DNA from: a virus
IMG/VR virus record: IMGVR_UViG_3300032245_001163
Direction: 5' to 3' (one strand)
DNA length: 64,000 nucleotides
Shown: in pieces, positions 60,882-64,000 of the stretch
Numbering within the stretch: position 1 is the stretch's first letter
Layout of the letters: every line of letters begins with the position of its first letter
Notes under the pieces: generated by a model
The model's input: only the letters and a program-made list of their open reading frames with translations
What the model was told of the DNA's origin: nothing
Databases searched by the model: none
Program-made: the position numbers and the translations under genes

Positions 60882-61034
60882 ATGTCAAATACAGCACCAA
60901 AACAGGCAACCGAAGCACAAAAAACTGCAACTCAGTCGCGCCGCCCAAACGAAACTGGTACAATAAGTGTGCAAGCTCACATGCGCATTTTTGACCCAAA
61001 AACACAAAAAACCTACGTGGAGGGACGAGCATGA
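60882..61034 (+). CDS. 50-aa small protein (not in the ORF track)
   Basis: MSNTAPKQATEAQKTATQSRRPNETGTISVQAHMRIFDPKTQKTYVEGRA*; fills the gap and has an ATGA overlap with the next gene. Confidence 0.7.
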   Translation: MSNTAPKQATEAQKTATQSRRPNETGTISVQAHMRIFDPKTQKTYVEGRA

Positions 61035-61639
61035 TTATACAGCCTGGTCTGTGCAAAATTGAAGGATTTGTTAAGATACACGATCCCAACACAGGTGAAG
61101 TTCTTGTAGACAAAAAGAACGCAATTCACTACGAAAATATCAGTTTGGCCATGGCTCAAACACTCAGTGATCGCAACACTGGCTACATTTATGAAATGGC
61201 ATTTGGCAACGGTGGCAGTTCAGTTGACCCTACCGGTGTTATCACTTATTTGCCCCCAAACACCACAGGTCAAAACGCTGACTTGTACAATCAAACCTAT
61301 TCCAAAGTTGTGGATGACAATTCAGCTGCTGACACAGATCCTGAAAACAACAAAATGACCCCGCTACACGTCAGCGGCAACGTTTACAGTGATATTTTAG
61401 TAACGTGTTTGTTGGACTACGGCGAACCCCCGGAACAACAAGCATTCGACAATTCAACCAATTTTAGTGGCGAATTTGTGTTTGACGAACTTGGGTTAAA
61501 AACATGGAACGGGTCAGTGGATAACTTACGCTTGATCACACATGTGATTTTTCACCCTGTACAAAAGAGTTTGAATCGTCAGATTCAAATTGATTACACC
61601 CTGCGTATACAGACGCTGAGCAACATAAATGCTGTATAA
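61031..61639 (+). CDS. Conserved-looking baseplate / fibre-attachment protein (202 aa)
   Basis: MAFGNGG, FDELGL and LITHVIFHPVQKSLNR.IQIDYTLRI motifs; structural context. Confidence 0.6.
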   Translation: MIIQPGLCKIEGFVKIHDPNTGEVLVDKKNAIHYENISLAMAQTLSDRNTGYIYEMAFGNGGSSVDPTGVITYLPPNTTGQNADLYNQTYSKVVDDNSAADTDPENNKMTPLHVSGNVYSDILVTCLLDYGEPPEQQAFDNSTNFSGEFVFDELGLKTWNGSVDNLRLITHVIFHPVQKSLNRQIQIDYTLRIQTLSNINAV

Positions 61640-61642
61640 ATA
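61635..61642 (+). promoter_or_regulatory. Late promoter TATAAATA overlapping a stop codon
   Basis: Exact consensus, followed by an AGGA RBS and ATG 61664. Confidence 0.75.
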
Positions 61643-61663
61643 TAGCAACTAGGAACCTTTGAC

Positions 61664-63451
61664 ATGGCATATACAATCAATCTAACCGACGGCACAGTTT
61701 TTGCTACCATTGCTGATGGTACAATCAATACATCAAGTTCAATGATCTTGGTGGGTAAAAACTACGCCGGCTACGGTGAATTTTTGGACGAAAACTTTAT
61801 CCACTTGTTGGAAAATGGGTCAAACACCACAGCACCCGCATCACCACTAACTGGGCAACTTTGGTGGGACAAGACCAACAACTTGCTGAAAGTTTACAAT
61901 GGTTCCATATTCAAAACTATCAGTGCTGCCACAAGTTCTGCCAGTCAACCCAGCAGCAACGTAACAGGTGATTTGTGGTATGATACTACCAATCAACAGT
62001 TGAAAGTTTACACTGGCGCAAGCTTCTTGGTTGTGGGTCCTGGATATTCTCAAGCACAGGGCACATCTGGTGCTATTCCTGAAACAATTTTAAACAACGT
62101 TGGCGCCACACGATACATTACTAGTTTGTATGTAAACAACGTGCGTGTGGCTATTGTATACGATGGCGCAAGTTTTACTCCAGAAGCTACCCTGGTTACA
62201 GCGTTTCCAACTATCTATCCTGGCGTTACATTAAGTGCCTCAGTTTCTGGTGCTGTGTTCGCTGGATCCGCTACTAATGCACAGTTGTTGGACAGCTTAG
62301 ACAGCAGTCAATTCATGCGTTCTGATACAAATACATCCAGTACTGGCGTTGTACGTGTTCAAAACAACACTGGGTTGTTTGTGGGTGTGGCCAACGTGTT
62401 CAACGTCAACACCACCGCAACAGATGCCAACATCAAGAGCAATATTTCTGGTGGTAATTTAATCATACAAGCCAACGTTAGCGGTACGACATATACTGTG
62501 GCCACTGCATATGGTGCCAATGGCGTATTTGCTATTGCTAACGCTGCCACAGTGGGCACAACATTGGGCGTAACTGGCAACAGCTCAGGCGGCAATTTGA
62601 CTACTGGCGGCCAGGTATCAGCAGTTGGTAATATTACCGGCGGTAATATTATCACCGGTGCATTGATGCTGGGCAATACAATTAGTGCAACAGCCAACGT
62701 ACAAGCTGGCAATTTGCGCACTGCTGGACAAGTTAGTTCCACTGGCAATATTACCTCAGCAGCCAATATTGCGGGTACTTATTTCTTGGGCAATGGTTCA
62801 CAACTCACAGGTTTGAGTTTGGGTGTCAGTGTTACCAAATTTGTAAACGGTAGCACTGAAGGCAACATTGGAATAGCCGGGGGCAATGTCAACTTTGACG
62901 TGGGCGGTACTGCCAACGTATTGGTGCTTACCACTGGTACAGCATACTTTGCTGGCAACGTCAGTACAATTGGTATTGAGAAAACTGGCACCAATGCAAT
63001 TGGAAATATTGGATCAAGCTCAAACTATTTCAACCGCGTGTTTGCCACTGCTACCACAGCACTGTACGCTGACGTTGCAGAACGCTTTGCTGCTGATGAA
63101 TTGCTGGAACCCGGCACAGTTGTAGAATTGGGCGGCACAAAAGAAATTACCAGATCAACTCAAGATTTAAGCGAAAATGTATTTGGCGTTATAAGTACAA
63201 GACCAGCCTACACAATGAACGGCGGAGCCGGCGAAGATGATACTCATCCAGCGGTTGCAATGACAGGCCGAGTTCCTGTAAAATGTGTGGGTATAGTACG
63301 CAAGGGCGACAGACTTGTAAGTGCTGGAGAAGGCGTTGCTAGAGCAGCCCAACCAGGAGAAGCCACAGCATTTAATGTAATTGGACGCTCGCTGGAAAAC
63401 AAACACACAGCAGAATTGGGAACAATTGAAGCAATTGTGACTATCAAATAA
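61664..63451 (+). CDS. Tail fibre with GN repeats and a C-terminal intramolecular-chaperone (peptidase G2-like) domain
   Basis: LVGKNYAGYG..LDENF.HLLEN and GQLWWD N-terminus; YADVAE...GVIST.PAY.MN...VAMTGRVPVK...KGDRLVS...IGRSLE C-terminus. Confidence 0.75.
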   Translation: MAYTINLTDGTVFATIADGTINTSSSMILVGKNYAGYGEFLDENFIHLLENGSNTTAPASPLTGQLWWDKTNNLLKVYNGSIFKTISAATSSASQPSSNVTGDLWYDTTNQQLKVYTGASFLVVGPGYSQAQGTSGAIPETILNNVGATRYITSLYVNNVRVAIVYDGASFTPEATLVTAFPTIYPGVTLSASVSGAVFAGSATNAQLLDSLDSSQFMRSDTNTSSTGVVRVQNNTGLFVGVANVFNVNTTATDANIKSNISGGNLIIQANVSGTTYTVATAYGANGVFAIANAATVGTTLGVTGNSSGGNLTTGGQVSAVGNITGGNIITGALMLGNTISATANVQAGNLRTAGQVSSTGNITSAANIAGTYFLGNGSQLTGLSLGVSVTKFVNGSTEGNIGIAGGNVNFDVGGTANVLVLTTGTAYFAGNVSTIGIEKTGTNAIGNIGSSSNYFNRVFATATTALYADVAERFAADELLEPGTVVELGGTKEITRSTQDLSENVFGVISTRPAYTMNGGAGEDDTHPAVAMTGRVPVKCVGIVRKGDRLVSAGEGVARAAQPGEATAFNVIGRSLENKHTAELGTIEAIVTIK

Positions 63452-63463
63452 TAGGAACGAGAT

Positions 63464-64000
63464 ATGACATATTCAGTAGGCGGCTTGATTCAAGCAGCAG
63501 ATTACAATGGTTTTGTAAGCACCAACGTTGGCGCTAACCTCAATGCTGTATTAAACTCAGCATACGGGCAAACCGCAATTGCCACTGTGAGTTCTTCAGG
63601 AATTGTTACTGCTACACAATGGGCTAGTCTGGTTAACAGCACCGCTGCCATGGGCACCCATACCAACACTGTGATCACCGCAAGAACAGCACCTAGTGCA
63701 GGACAAACCATCAACGTATTATCTGCTGTTAACACTGACTTGACTAACATTTACAACAATCGATACAATGCCTATGCAGTGGGCACACAATACACAGCAT
63801 GGTCAGGAACAAATTCAAAGACTAGTCAAACCGGTAGTGCCGGTGGCAGTACTTGGACCATCACATTCACAAACACTGTGTCATTTGCCAGTGCCGCTGC
63901 TGCCAGTTATTTTTTCAATGCTGGCGGATTGGTTAAAATTCAAACTTCTAAATCTTCAACTGGACTCACTGGTGATCCTGAATGGAACGACTTGGCTTCT
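63464..64000 (+). CDS. Virion structural protein, truncated by the window end
   Basis: AGGA RBS; MTYSVGGLIQAADYNGFV...YFFNAGG..., open to the end of the window. Confidence 0.75.
   Translation, partial: MTYSVGGLIQAADYNGFVSTNVGANLNAVLNSAYGQTAIATVSSSGIVTATQWASLVNSTAAMGTHTNTVITARTAPSAGQTINVLSAVNTDLTNIYNNRYNAYAVGTQYTAWSGTNSKTSQTGSAGGSTWTITFTNTVSFASAAAASYFFNAGGLVKIQTSKSSTGLTGDPEWNDLAS

Noticed and set aside
1-64000. Alternative genetic code or stop-codon reassignment
   Set aside because: Core genes are full-length in the standard code, and TAA, TGA and TAG all end genes at tight junctions.

Overview
This window is part of a large T4-related (jumbo-like) myovirus genome, densely coding, with no bacterial housekeeping genes. 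From left to right it contains: (1) minus-strand Gly/Asn/Thr-repeat fibre and virion genes (1-10402); (2) a plus-strand TPR plus GT9-like glycosyltransferase; (3) the T4-type head module on the minus strand (gp23, gp22, gp21, two core proteins, gp20 portal); (4) a tape-measure-like gene head-to-head with a gp26-like gene that appears to use a programmed -1 frameshift, followed by a 3-gene cassette with an Arg/Leu-tRNA-protein-transferase-like GNAT; (5) a sigma70-driven minus-strand operon: gp55 late sigma, twitch radical SAM, gp47, gp46, B12 radical SAM, two [unknown protein + PLP enzyme] pairs and a minimal GIY-YIG, ending in a ~380-nt highly structured non-coding element; (6) a plus-strand baseplate module (gp48/54-like, gp53, hub, gp5, gp25, gp6, a 5173-aa mosaic protein, fibres). 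Best candidates for undescribed biology are the GIY-YIG plus large structured RNA pair, the radical SAM/PLP cassette, the frameshifted gp26-like chaperone, a four-way-junction late 5' leader, and apparently leaderless late transcripts. All family calls come from motifs recognised by eye; no searches or folding programs were run.
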